Below are positions 1 through 16,153 of a DNA stretch of 35,358 nt, piece by piece. Where the stretch lies: NCBI GenBank assembly GCA_043381765.1, contig JBHJMP010000851.1, positions 1 to 35,358 of the forward strand, read 5' to 3'. The DNA is from Collodictyon triciliatum. Its lineage: Eukaryota. Made by a program: the position numbers and the translations under genes. The stretch's first letter is position 1; the number at the start of each line of letters is the position of its first letter. Below the pieces are notes generated by a model. That model made no database searches. It had not been told where the DNA came from and saw nothing but the letters and a program-made list of their open reading frames with translations.

Positions 1-239
1 TTTTTTTTTTTTTTTTGTTTTTTTTTTTTTTTTTTTTTTTATTTTTTTTGGTGTTTTATTTTTTTATTAAAATTTTTTTTTTTTTTTTGGGGGGGGGGGG
101 GAAGAAAATGTATATTTAAAAAAAAAAGACTTTGGTCAACACTGGCTCATCATTCTGATATTTAAGTTTCATACAGAGAGCTCAAGTTAAAACTCAACCA
201 TTACAATGAATAAATAAGTGCACTGTATAGTATTGTTAC

Positions 240-2336
240 CACTCAGAGGCGTGCTAGAACCAGGGAGCACTCTTCCGTTCATCGTTTTCAGGGCGATAAC
301 AGCTTCATTATTTTTGTCGAATGTGGATATTAGTTAAAGAATTGTTGTGATTAATTTGTTGTTGGTGACAGTGTTGTTGTAACGAATGGTGTGTGATATA
401 TGAAGAGAATGAAGACAGAATAGCGACACATTTGAAAAGGATATCTGACAAAGCCGACTTGTTTGCTCTTTCCCGTTTGCTAAGGAGATAATGAGTGTGA
501 TGATTAAAGACAAAAAAAAAAAAAAAACGAATATAATTGAATGCTACAATCATTTTAAAACATAATGTTACTTACAATATCGACCATAACTTTGCACTCT
601 ACGACCTTTCCAAAGCACGAAAACATTTGATAGAGATCCTCTGAGTGAAGGATGAAGAGTCGTGGGTAAACATGCATGAATTAAAGTTTTTAAAAAAAAA
701 ATCAACAGAAGTATGAGAGTGAGGCACCATAGATGGAATGGAATTAATCATCAATAGGTGTTTATATTGCATATTTTCCACTACAGTACCGTCCGACATG
801 GAGCCCGGTAGAGGTTTGATGTACAAATTTGAGGACAAGGAGGCTGCCTGATTCGCAGAGGAGTTTGACAATTTGCAAAGGAGGGTTTTGTTGCCCACTT
901 GAAATCCAGACATCTTTGCGATGGCACGGTAGGATTCGTCGGCAGTGGTATAACGAATAAACCTAAGTGATTGTAGGATCTGTATAAGCGCTAAGAATGA
1001 AAGAAATATAAGGATAGGTAGAGGGGAAAAAAGGGACTTGGCCAGGATTGGTCTTGGATGTACGACCTGTAGCGTAAACAATAGAGATCCCAAATAAGAA
1101 AAAAAATATGTACCCGTATCCCAAGCTCTGCCCAGTCTTGACATCAACCATGACCTTCGCGGAGATGATATCACCAAAAGGTCTAAATAACTCAACCAGT
1201 CTGTCGTCAGTGACGTCGGACGGCAGATACTTTACAAAGACGTTGCATGGGTCCACCTGTGCGGGGTCCTGATTGGGTCCAATGACGCTGGAGAGGATTG
1301 CTGGATCGTGAGTGACCAGAGGCGTTGTGTTTGTGTGAGTCGCACCGCTTTGGTTTCCTGCGAGATTTGCAGCGGCAGCGGCAGCAGCCAAAACAGATGG
1401 GTGAAACATTGTCGCGTTGGACGGCATCGACGGGGAATTTGCCGAAGCGGTAACATGAGTGGAGGACGGAGGTGGAGGCGATGGCGTCGGAGACGGTGTA
1501 GAATTGTGGTGGAGCCCAGCCGAGGCGTGTGTGATCGCATGAAAAGCCTGCAGAGACGACCGGCGTGTGGCTGTGGTTGTGGTTTCGAAAGCACCGAAGG
1601 GGGACGGGAAGTGGGACACCCGAGGCGAGGCGGAGAGGGCAGCCGACGAGATGGGGAAGTTGTTTGCCGAGGGCGAGGCAGACAGCCCGGCCTCCAAAAA
1701 GTCCGAAAGGGAAGGGATGGAGGGGAACGAGTCGAAGCCGAAGCTGTGACTGTGGCTGTGCGTGTGGTCAGGGTCGTGGTCGGACTCGGACTCGCTGAGG
1801 AGGGAGCTTGTGAAGGAGCCTGAGGCAGACACGTAGGAGGCGGATGAGTGCGACGAGAAGTTTGGAGCGGGCTTTGGAGCGGGGTGGGAGAAGAAGGGGA
1901 CGTGGCTGTGGTTGTGGTTGTGGCTGTGCATGTGGCTGTGGCTGTGGCCCATGGATGAGGCGTAGGAGTAGGCCAGGGGCGTGGACGAGACGGAGGATAA
2001 GGACGAGGACGACGGCGTCCCCCACACGTTATTGCCCAGTGATGGGAACAAAGGGATCGGCCCTGCGTCGGCCGCTGCGGAGGCTCTGCGGAGGCCCGAG
2101 TGCGCTGCGCTCTGGGCTGCAGCATTGGCGGCGTTGGTGTATGTGTTGGGATGGGAATTGGGATGCGGGGCGAACGCGGCGATGGGCACGCTCTTGCTGT
2201 TGGGCGGCAGGAAGGCCGGGGCGTCCTCTGTGTCGAGAGACAGGTGTCCCAGCAGGTGCGAGATGGGTGCGCTGCTGCTGCTGTCGTCCGCAAGCAGGTT
2301 CGAGAAGGTGTCTCGGAAGTCGAACATAAACGACAT
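240..2336 (-). CDS. ELAV/Sex-lethal-like RNA-binding protein: long low-complexity N-terminus plus two RRMs; 3' end unresolved near the window edge
   Basis: Exons 2336-1114, 962-790, 640-576, 479-445 and 322-240 join in frame. RRM1 reads NVFVKYLP...TGQSLGYGFIRY...AIAKMSGFQVGNKTL. RRM2 reads NLYIKPLP...DLYQMFSCFGKVVECKVMVDIQTGKSKQVGFVRFDKNNEAVIALKTMNGRVLPGSSTPLS, resembling ELAV RRM1/RRM2. Three introns are GT-AG and one is AT-AC. Confidence 0.88.
323..444 (-). other. U12-type (minor spliceosome) AT-AC intron, 122 nt
   Basis: On the minus strand the 5' end is ATATCCTTTT (444-435), the branch site is TTCTTTAAC (341-333) and the terminal AC is at 324-323. Removing it restores GFVR|FDK in RRM2; the unspliced frame hits TAA. 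Confidence 0.93.
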
Positions 2337-3147
2337 TGGGCAGGCTGCTTGGTAGATGGTAGTCTGGTTGCTGGTTAGGTGGCCTGTTAGTCTTATTCAT
2401 ATTTTCTGCTCGTTACTTTGTTTTGTTTTGTTATGTTATGTTTTGTTTTGTTTTGTTTTGTTATGTTTTGTCCACTTAGTTGACTCGTGATTTTGGTGTT
2501 TTTTTTTTTGCTAGCTGAGAAGGAGGTAAGCCAAAAAAAAACCCCCAAGAAAAAAGGGAATGCTTGGGAACGAGTAATTTTTCTTTTTTTTCTCTTGTTG
2601 TTTTCCTTCGATTGGAGCGATTAGATATTAATGAGTGGTGATGAGAGAAAGGATTTTTTCTGGACGGTGTTGGCTGGGCTAAGCGATGGGATATGAGTGC
2701 GATGATGTGAGAATGTGTGTGCCTTTGCTGTCGACGAGTGTTGTGAGAGAATGCGCCAAAGGGAAATAAGAAGAAAAAGATTGATTAAGAATGCGCTCCT
2801 GTGGTGAATCAAGAGAGGAGAAAAAAAGAGGCTTGGAATGTGGCGATTGCTTATGTCGCGAGGCGTGTTTAAATAGATGCTCGCGAATTTTGTCTGGGAG
2901 AAAAGTGTCTGATTGAAAAGCCACGACGGCGACTAGTCTGTGGGGAGTGGGAGAAGAAAAAGGTCGGACCAAGGGATTTTCTCACCGAGGAGCGTTGTGA
3001 AACGAAAGTTCAGTGTGGCGGGCGAATGTGGGACGTTTGAGGCAGTTTTCTTTTGCCCCTCTATTCATCATTACTTGGCACAAAGGAGTAATCAGACAGA
3101 CAACCATCCAGAGATCCTCTTAGGACACGCAGCCAGCGGCTTCAGAG

Positions 3148-3192
3148 GTTTGGTTTGGTTTGGTTTGGTTTGGTTTGGTTTGGTTTGGTTTT
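3148..3192 (+). repeat. (TTTGG)n microsatellite
   Basis: About 9 tandem pentamer copies in the divergent intergenic region. Confidence 0.9.
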
Positions 3193-4567
3193 GCTAGACT
3201 CGGCAAATGCTGAGTGTCTGTGAATACTCCAGAGTACAAGCGCCTTTCGTCCGTCTTTGCCCGTAGATGACCGCCGCGTGGGAGGTCGGCAATGGATCAC
3301 CGAGGCTTGCAACTCTGTGTATTTCGCCTCAAAGCAGGAAAAATCCGGGGGGATTTCACCAGGATATATATCAGCCCAATGCGAGCGCCTTTGGCTTTTC
3401 TTTTTCGTGTTTTGGGCAGCCCTCTCTGATTCGACAAAGAGCCAATTAAAATTTTGTATATATATCCAGAAATCTCTGCCACTCCAACTGCACCATCCAT
3501 ATATATCAGAATTTTCCCTCCCTCTTCATCATATCTTGGGAGATAGTCTCTGGAGGGCTAGTTTTCTTTGGGAATCCGATGTTTCTACAAATATTGGGAA
3601 GGATGGACATTTCAGGTTTCTTAATGTGGACTAATCTTTATGCGGAATGGGTCTTCCGCTTTTTGTAAAGGTGTCCCTTCAAATGGTCTTATGAGACTGG
3701 CCTCCAGAGAAGTTTGTGATGGGAATTACTAGTTGCGGAGAAGTAGCCTCATTGAGCTAAATTGAATGAATTGTTGCGTGTATATGGTGCTGGCTCCCAT
3801 ATAGTTCCAATATGTATAATATGTATTACATAATTAAAATAATGATTGATAATTATTACAATCGACATATTGTGATATATATGTCTATGTTTGTATATTT
3901 TCCATAATTAATTATCACAATTGGAGTAAAGATTGTGGCTGGAGTGCGTCACATGGTTGCCAACCGACCACGAGCGTAAAATTCGAAAACATTCGACTAA
4001 TATAGATTTAAATAAAGAAATATCGAAATATTATACATAAAAAACATGTTTCTATGAATACCCTGTGACGCATTTTCTTGGCAGGCCGCAATATATGTTG
4101 TGTAGAAATGTTGCCTTCAGATCCACTCACAAAGTCGATCGCATAATCAGTCCACCGAAAATCAGCAGCGATGATGGTTCGCTTCGCGCGTTGAGTTGGG
4201 TCCTCTGCTGCGGTAAATCGATGCCTTCGGAACCTCCTGTGTCGTGAAGAAATGAATCACAAGTCCGAGTGTCTATTCAAAACCAACTGGAAAAAAAAAG
4301 AAAAGTGAAAATGAAAACGAAAATGAGTTGGGGTTGCGTTTGGTCCCCTAGGTCTACTCAGTTGCACAGTTTTTTTTTCATCGAAGCCTTCTTGTCACTC
4401 TGATGTCTCTGAGTTGAAGGAAACTGAGCAAGGCGAGCATCTCAAATTCATTTGAAGTCAAATAATACAACTTCTTTATTTTCGTTCTCCTTGTCCAACC
4501 CCCAATTTTTGTCTCAGCATCGAAAACCCTCTGCGGCATCGATGCTTTGTGTCCTTGGAGCACTCAG

Positions 4568-4669
4568 AAAAGACAGAGAGAAAAGACAGAGAGAAAAGAC
4601 AGAGAGAAAAGACAGAGAGAAAAGACAGAGAGAAAAGACAGAGAGAAAAGACAGAGAGAAAAGACAGAC
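4568..4669 (+). repeat. 13-mer minisatellite (AAAAGACAGAGAG)x~7.7
   Basis: Perfect tandem copies upstream of the ACSL start, possibly inside a 5' intron ending at the cacacag near 4749. Confidence 0.95.
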
Positions 4670-4790
4670 ACAAAAGAACCGCCATTGCGAGAAACCCAGA
4701 GCATCCTCCCCACACAATGACCCTGATTAATCCAACCATACTCACACAGGCAGAGCCAAAGCACACCACTCACAAGACTCGCAGGACTCC

Positions 4791-9645
<4,855 letters not shown>

Positions 9646-9898
9646 ATGAGAATCTTCGTTCCATAAACCCGGAATCTCTTTTAAAAGTGCCATGCCCGGC
9701 TATGTTGCAGTTCAGCGGTCCATCTTCGCTATTTTCCTGAGACATCAGAATGTGGGTGTCGTAACGAAGGGAGACTATGTCAGGTGTAAATCGATGTGTG
9801 CAATCCACACGAGACAAAGACATGTGGGGGTCGGGGGTAGGTTCGTTTATATTATAAAAGGAAAGGAGGTTGGGGTGACGAAGGAGAGACAGGGGTGG

Positions 9899-12025
9899 CT
9901 ATGAGTTTAGCTTCGGTAGGGCCAGGTTCGCGTTCTGGTCAGGTTTCTTGTCCGAGAGAAGCTTTTCACCTTTGCTCCCTCCGCTCTGCAGCGCCTGGTA
10001 TACAGCGGATATACCAGAAGATAGTCAAAGGAATATGTAAGGACACAACGAGATGCATTCGTTTGTTGGTGTTATGTATGAAGACTAAGGGTGTAGCTGT
10101 CACATCCCACACAGCATTTGCAGGGCGTGTGGAGATATATTCNNNNNNNNNNNNNNNNNNNNNNNNNNNNNNNNNNNNNNNNNNNNNNNNNNNNNNNNNN
10201 NNNNNNNNNNNNNNNNNNNNNNNNNNNNNNNNNNNNNNNNNNNNNNNNNNNNNNNNNNNNNNNNNNNNNNNNNNNNNNNNNNNNNNNNNNNNNNNNNNNN
10301 NNNNNNNNNNNNNNNNNNNNNNNNNNNNNNNNNNNNNNNNNNNNNNNNNNNNNNNNNNNNNNNNNNNNNNNNNNNNNNNNNNNNNNNNNNNNNNNNNNNN
10401 NNNNNNNNNNNNNNNNNNNNNNNNNNNNNNNNNNNNNNNNNNNNNNNNNNNNNNNNNNNNNNNNNNNNNNNNNNNNNNNNNNNNNNNNNNNNNNNNNNNN
10501 NNNNNNNNNNNNNNNNNNNNNNNNNNNNNNNNNNNNNNNNNNNNNNNNNNNNNNNNNNNNNNNNNNNNNNNNNNNNNNNNNNNNNNNNNNNNNNNNNNNN
10601 NNNNNNNNNNNNNNNNNNNNNNNNNNNNNNNNNNNNNNNNNNNNNNNNNNNNNNNNNNNNNNNNNNNNNNNNNNNNNNNNNNNNNNNNNNNNNNNNNNNN
10701 NNNNNNNNNNNNNNNNNNNNNNNNNNNNNNNNNNNNNNNNNNNNNNNNNNNNNNNNNNNNNNNNNNNNNNNNNNNNNNNNNNNNNNNNNNNNNNNNNNNN
10801 NNNNNNNNNNNNNNNNNNNNNNNNNNNNNNNNNNNNNNNNNNNNNNNNNNNNNNNNNNATTATAATGGAATACTACTTATTTTTTGGAAGTTTGTCGGGA
10901 GCCACGTTGTTGATGAGGATAATTTTGCCGTCTATATCATAAGTATATTCTTTTCCTCTAAGTTCACTTCTCAGGCGGTTCAAATGCTCTTGCTCCTCTT
11001 TCTCTTGTGCAAGAAGGCGAGCCTTTACCACTTCGGCATGCTTCTTTTCTGAATCAATTCTCGTCCGCAGGTTTCGAATGTCATGTGTGCCCTTCGAAGC
11101 TAGGGACCCATGGGAGCTGGAGGGCTCGTGCAGGGTACTGAGTAACTGTTCCATAGTTAGAAATACATTGATTTTTGACAAGATTATGTCTCTGAGAAAT
11201 TAAAGTCCCCTTATTTGGAGCATATAAACATTCGGACGGACAACAATATGACTTTTTCCATATTTCATATTGATGATTTAAATAGTTGATGTGACAATGA
11301 GCCCACTGATTTCGCCTCGCCTGATTGGGAAATGTCAAGCGGTGCTTTCCCATCTGCAGCAAGCAATTTCCGACTACTATTTCCAGGGCTGGCTCGACGC
11401 AAATATGACTTTCGACTAATAATTTATCCAAAAATTAAAATTATAATAATCAATACTGGTTATAAATAATCTCTCCTAGCAGAAAAAAAACAAAAAAATA
11501 AATAAAACAAAACAAAAAAATAACAAAAAAAAGTGAAAGAAAACAAAAGAAAACAACTCAATAAAGTTGTCACTTCAGGTGATTTTAGGAAAAGAACCTT
11601 GGGGGTGCACTGGGAAGTTCCGCAGGAACATTTTCTGGGGGATGAGGACGGACTGCCGTCGGTATAACACCCCTCGAATGTGCATCTGAGAAGCATACTC
11701 GAGGTTCTGGATATATGATTAACCTTTTGTAAATGATAATAAAAATAACACCTCCAATGATAAGTATATAAGGAAAGAAGCAGAATAATGCATATTAGAA
11801 TACAAAAGATTCGAATAAAACAACTGCATTATCTAAATTATTATCATATCTGACTCAATTAGCCAACAGACAGTTCTCCTCTACCTTTTTTTTTCGCTAG
11901 AAAATTAATCAGAACAAACCATCATCGGCACTCCATTCGCCACGTTTCACAACAGAGTCCCCATAGTCTCGTTTTATATTCAGCCCCTATAACCCAAACA
12001 GTACAAGTTTCAAAACAAAACAAAA

Positions 12026-12078
<53 letters not shown>

Positions 12079-12562
12079 TCTTATCACATAAATCACGAAC
12101 TTACATAAGTCAAATAAAACAAAAAAAATAAGAAATGAGAAGGAGGAAGTCGTTTCCCACTCGGAGTAACTGGAGGATATCCGCCTTTGCTTGAAGCGCG
12201 ACAAAAGGGATGATTTGCTCCTGCAGCTCCCTCCGGTGAACTTTATCCCAGGCACGCGACACGATCGACTCCAAAGCAGCTGCAGCAACAGACTCGGATT
12301 CCTCGGCCTCCGCAAAGACCTCTGCCCAGTCTGCCATGGCTGGCATGGACATGACAGACTGCACCGTCCCAACTGCGGAGCGGGCCGATCTTGGCGTCGT
12401 GCTTGCTTGGCCGAGCGAGTGAAGCACGCTTGGATGCGGCAGACCCGAAAGCATCGGAGTCGGGAGAGTCGAACCAGGCTGGACTTTCTCAGGAGAGTTG
12501 AGTCCGCTTGACGTTGCTGTTGGGTGCAGAAGCTTCGAGCTGGCTGCGGCCGAGGTTGACAT
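9899..12562 (-). CDS. C2orf81/DUF4639-like protein; multi-exon, interrupted by the N gap
   Basis: Exons 1-3 give WAEVFAEAEESESVAAAALESIVSRAWDKVHRRELQEQIIPFVALQAKADILQLLR-GLNIKRDYGD...WSADD-EPRVCFSDAHSRGVIP, matching the pattern I recall for C2orf81 (IPF...RDEG...W.EDEEP...D.W..G.VP). A later exon reads EYTYDIDGKIILI. The putative last exon ALQSGG...LPKLNS* ends at 9899. The start could instead be 12595, and linkage across the gap is inferred. Confidence 0.7.
10143..10858. other. Assembly gap (N run)
   Basis: Run of N characters. Confidence 1.
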
Positions 12563-12982
12563 TCCTGGCCGAGGTAGGAGAGAAAAGGGAGTCATAGGAG
12601 TCAGGAACGGTGATATTGAATTATTCTTTGCTCATGGCCTCATCAGCAGACACAGGCATGGCTTCCAATCCTGCAGAAGCTGAGCTGCAACTTGCAAGCC
12701 ATGGCGCTTGTAGAAAAGAAAGATTACACGCAGAAAAGGAAGCGCGCCAGTACCCTTTGGATTATGACAACGATCGGGTCTATGAAACGAGCGAACTATA
12801 AAAATATTAAGTTCCACTTTTGCTTCAACGATGTCTTGATATGGTATGAACACCTAGTTTAAGCCGCGCGTGAAGTAGACTTGTTTTTTGTTTTTCAGTA
12901 TTATGCTTTATTGTTTGTGACCGGCTGCGGATGTTCTAAGACCAGCAGAATAAAGGGGAATATGTTAAGAGAGAAAGCTGTG

Positions 12983-15281
12983 CTACTCTGTGTTCCACCG
13001 ACGAACGGGGTCGGTGATTAAGTCGCGGATGAGGGACGAGGCGAGGGCTTCTATTTTGCGGGCTTCTTTCAGCTTCTCCGAATCCTGGGCTATTGGGTAA
13101 CCGGCGAGCTTGTCCCCTGCATTAGCCAGCGTAGATTCGAAAACGCAATCAGTGGATAATATGTCGCAAGGCAGATAGAAGGAATATTGTATGATGGACT
13201 AGGCAATATACATATAGCAAGAAAACAAGCGTGAAATCGTATGCTTGTAATTTTGCTTCTAAAAATAAAAGTAAAAGGAAAGTGCAAATGAACTAAATTC
13301 ACTTACATTCCATTAAATACTTCAAGGTAGGGTCTGTAGAGGACACATCAACAACCTCTCCAAGACGATAAAGAACCTCGCATCCTGCATCAGCAGAAAT
13401 TCGAAAATTGCTTATGAAGTAGCTAATCTGTGTGGTGAGGATAAAGTGAATTGTAGTTGTAGATATCGTAAGATTTTTTGTCTCCAAAAAGGGAGAAAGA
13501 CAACCGCGCGACTTGAAAGCCTCATCCAATACTTTTGTAATACCAATTCAAAAGTGTATGCACAAACCAAATAGAAGAATGGAGTCAACCACGCCATAAA
13601 CCACGGCATTATTTTGGTGAATACAGCACCCGGACAGCTTGTGTACATATAGACACCCCGACTCTGCATAGAGAGCGACAGTTGAAAAGAAATGAATAGT
13701 AAATTAATGCACACCAACTCTTTTAAAATAAATGAACTAGAAATAATCGTTATAAATATATAAATCCATACTATTTTTTTCCATAAATGAGTGTAAAATG
13801 AAAATATATCGGATGAATCAATACACTGTATTTTTCGTTCCAGGAGACGGTAACCATATCCACAGCATACCTAAGCAATACTTTAGTTGTTCACTCCATG
13901 GAAACATAGTCAAGGGAGACTCATAATCTTGTGATTGACAGAATAAAATAAACCCACTTGGAGCTAGAATACGGGCGGTCGCTTTTGATTCCCTGTAAAT
14001 CTTCGATGTTCATTTTGTGCAGGGAGGCTGTTCTGGAACCAGTCCAGACAACACGGCTAGGAGATGCAGCTTCTAACAAAGGCAAAAGTTTGTGGGCCTA
14101 CAAATGGGTCTCATCAGACTAAACTTTGAAAGTCGCAAATAATTTAAACCGAGAGTATCATAGTCATGAGTATGGAATGATCATCTTTCCGTGTGAGAAA
14201 AAAATGACATTTAAATCCAAAGGGAATCATATGCAATTGTAATGATATCATGGGGTACAATCTGCTCACTAATTTAGGTACAATTAACATACAAGGAGGT
14301 ACTGTCCCAGAAGATTCGTTGCAAATACTTCGCCAAATCCTTCAGATGTGACCTTTCCTGTTTATTTGAAGGCGGTATAAGTTGCAATTGAGAAAATGCA
14401 TGTTCTTTTCTTGATAATTATAGTGACATATTCTGATGTAAAAAGAAAAAAGAAGTTAGATCAATTACAAACCGATGGGCTCCTTCAAGAGATCGCCACC
14501 TGTCTCGAGAATAGTCATGAACCTGCCTGTCATGAACATCTTTGCCAAGTACGACCAGTCAAGCCCCAGTTGCGGATAAATACCGGCATTTAGATACAAA
14601 ACATCTAGACGTGTGAATCTAGATATAAGAGCACCGATATGAGTCCTTATATGTGTAATACCATAAACTGCATCTCTAGACACCCAATCCTTTAAAATGC
14701 AGTCAGGACAAGCCTAGCTATAATACGAACGGTACCAGTAGGAAAACGATAAAAAAAAACTGAAGAAAAAACAGTCGAATGATACCGATGAGAAAAGTCA
14801 GCAGCTCCACGAACAACAGAACGCATGTTAGAAACGTCCATAACAACATATTCAAGACGTGCAGGGGAAGCATACTTTGACCGGTGCAGCTCCTATTAAG
14901 TGAAGTAGTAAGTGAAGAGTAGTCCAAATCGTGAACTTTACGCCGGGGTTTGCGGTTAAAGTTGGGACTACCTGGTGAGCTTTGAGTTCCTCAACTAAAT
15001 CTTTCCCTTTAGAATCGCTCCTGGCGGCTACACAAACAACTGTGTTTTGCTTCAGAGAGAGCCTCTTTGCCAAGGCAAGTCCGATTCCGCTGAGGGGGGA
15101 AATAAGGAGAGGCAGCTTTAAAGGAATGCTTATGACATACTTTGTTCTATGTCAACGTCTGTGGTAAAACTGTTTTTTTTTGTATAATCTTTGACAAAAG
15201 CTGGTGCTTGTTATTGAGAGTACTAATCGTCTACCTTGTGGCCCCTGTGATCAGGACAACTCTTTGCCCAGCTTGACTCAT
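12983..15281 (-). CDS. HSD17B7: 3-ketosteroid reductase, HSD17B7/ERG27-like SDR, 10 exons
   Basis: MSQAGQRVVLITGATSGIGLALAKRL, MDVSNMRSV, RFTRLDVLYLNAGI, FGEVFATNLLGQYLL, RVVWTGSRTA, PYSSSKYAVD (catalytic YxxxK in the same context as HSD17B7) and GVYMYTSCPG. Introns are GT-AG; stop TAG at 12985-12983. Confidence 0.88.
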
Positions 15282-16153
15282 CCTGAACTTTTTTTTTGAT
15301 TGTGATTGTTTCGGGTCGTTTATTCTGTATGATTCGCATTAAGAGACTTTGAACAACGAGCACTATACTTGTTCTTCTGCTTACTCAAGCTGGTCAGCAT
15401 CGCGCCTGGTTCTCCTCTAGCGAGGGGCTTTGTGATCGTAGTGATCATCACAAAAAATCGGCTTTGATCTGTGATCAAAAAAGCGCAAAAAGCGGCCACA
15501 GGCGAAACACAGCATCAAACTCTGTGATGACATGTACTGATATTATATAGAAAATAAACAAATTAGGGTAAAGATCTGTATAGTGTTTTGAAAGCAGGGA
15601 CTATCGGGAGCAAGAAGAATCCCAGTTCCCCTGTATTTGTGGAATGCCAGGAAACCCAGATCGATCACATATTCTCTTTGTTTTGGAGTTGTTCTTCCGT
15701 CATGTGATATCACAGGTCGATCGCATTAGCTATTTATTCGTATTCGTAATCAATTAACCACAAAGAAAAAAGAAAAGGGGCGAGAAAGAAAAAAAAAAGA
15801 AAGAAAAAAAAGAAAAAGAAAAGGGATCACTAGAAGGCGCGAAATGATAATTCGGAAGCTGGAAACCACGCACAAGAAAATTTACGAGCATGTAGGAGTT
15901 TTGCTATGTGCAACACGGCCTATTCTGACCTCAGAACACACGAATACTTAATACCAAGAGAAGCCCAAGCGTGTCTGTTGAAAGGCATTTATTCAATTAG
16001 CAAACATAACGACGGGGTTTAAAACTCGTCAAAGCAATGCCGGGAGAAAAGGCCAGGGCACAAACCAAACCTCTTCCACAATCGAGTCCCTAGACGCGTG
16101 AAATAACATGCCCCATAAACACTTTCGCACAACGACAGAAAGACAGACCCAGG
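15282..16153. promoter_or_regulatory. Divergent intergenic region (putative bidirectional promoter) with clustered GTGAT/ATCAC motifs
   Basis: 872 bp separate the two start codons. It holds 10 GTGAT/ATCAC copies in 15302-15830, including the 12-bp palindrome TGTGATATCACA (15703-15714). Confidence 0.6.

Noticed and set aside
1232-2400. Several long overlapping ORFs in other frames and on the opposite strand
   Set aside because: They are shadows of the GC-rich, low-complexity exon of the RRM gene.
3240-3760. 125-aa ORF and short hairpins in the RRM-ACSL intergenic region
   Set aside because: There are no recognisable motifs or consistent splice model, and the stems are too short to distinguish from chance.
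4327-4345. TTGGGGTTGCG matches part of U4atac snRNA
   Set aside because: The upstream ACCATCC, the kink-turn stem and the Sm site are missing; this looks like a chance match.
4452-4773. Repeat-derived ORFs or a CRISPR-like array
   Set aside because: It is a pure tandem repeat with no spacers, in a eukaryotic context.
9895-11052. 385-aa and 274-aa ORFs in the ORF track
   Set aside because: They are artefacts of translating through the N gap.
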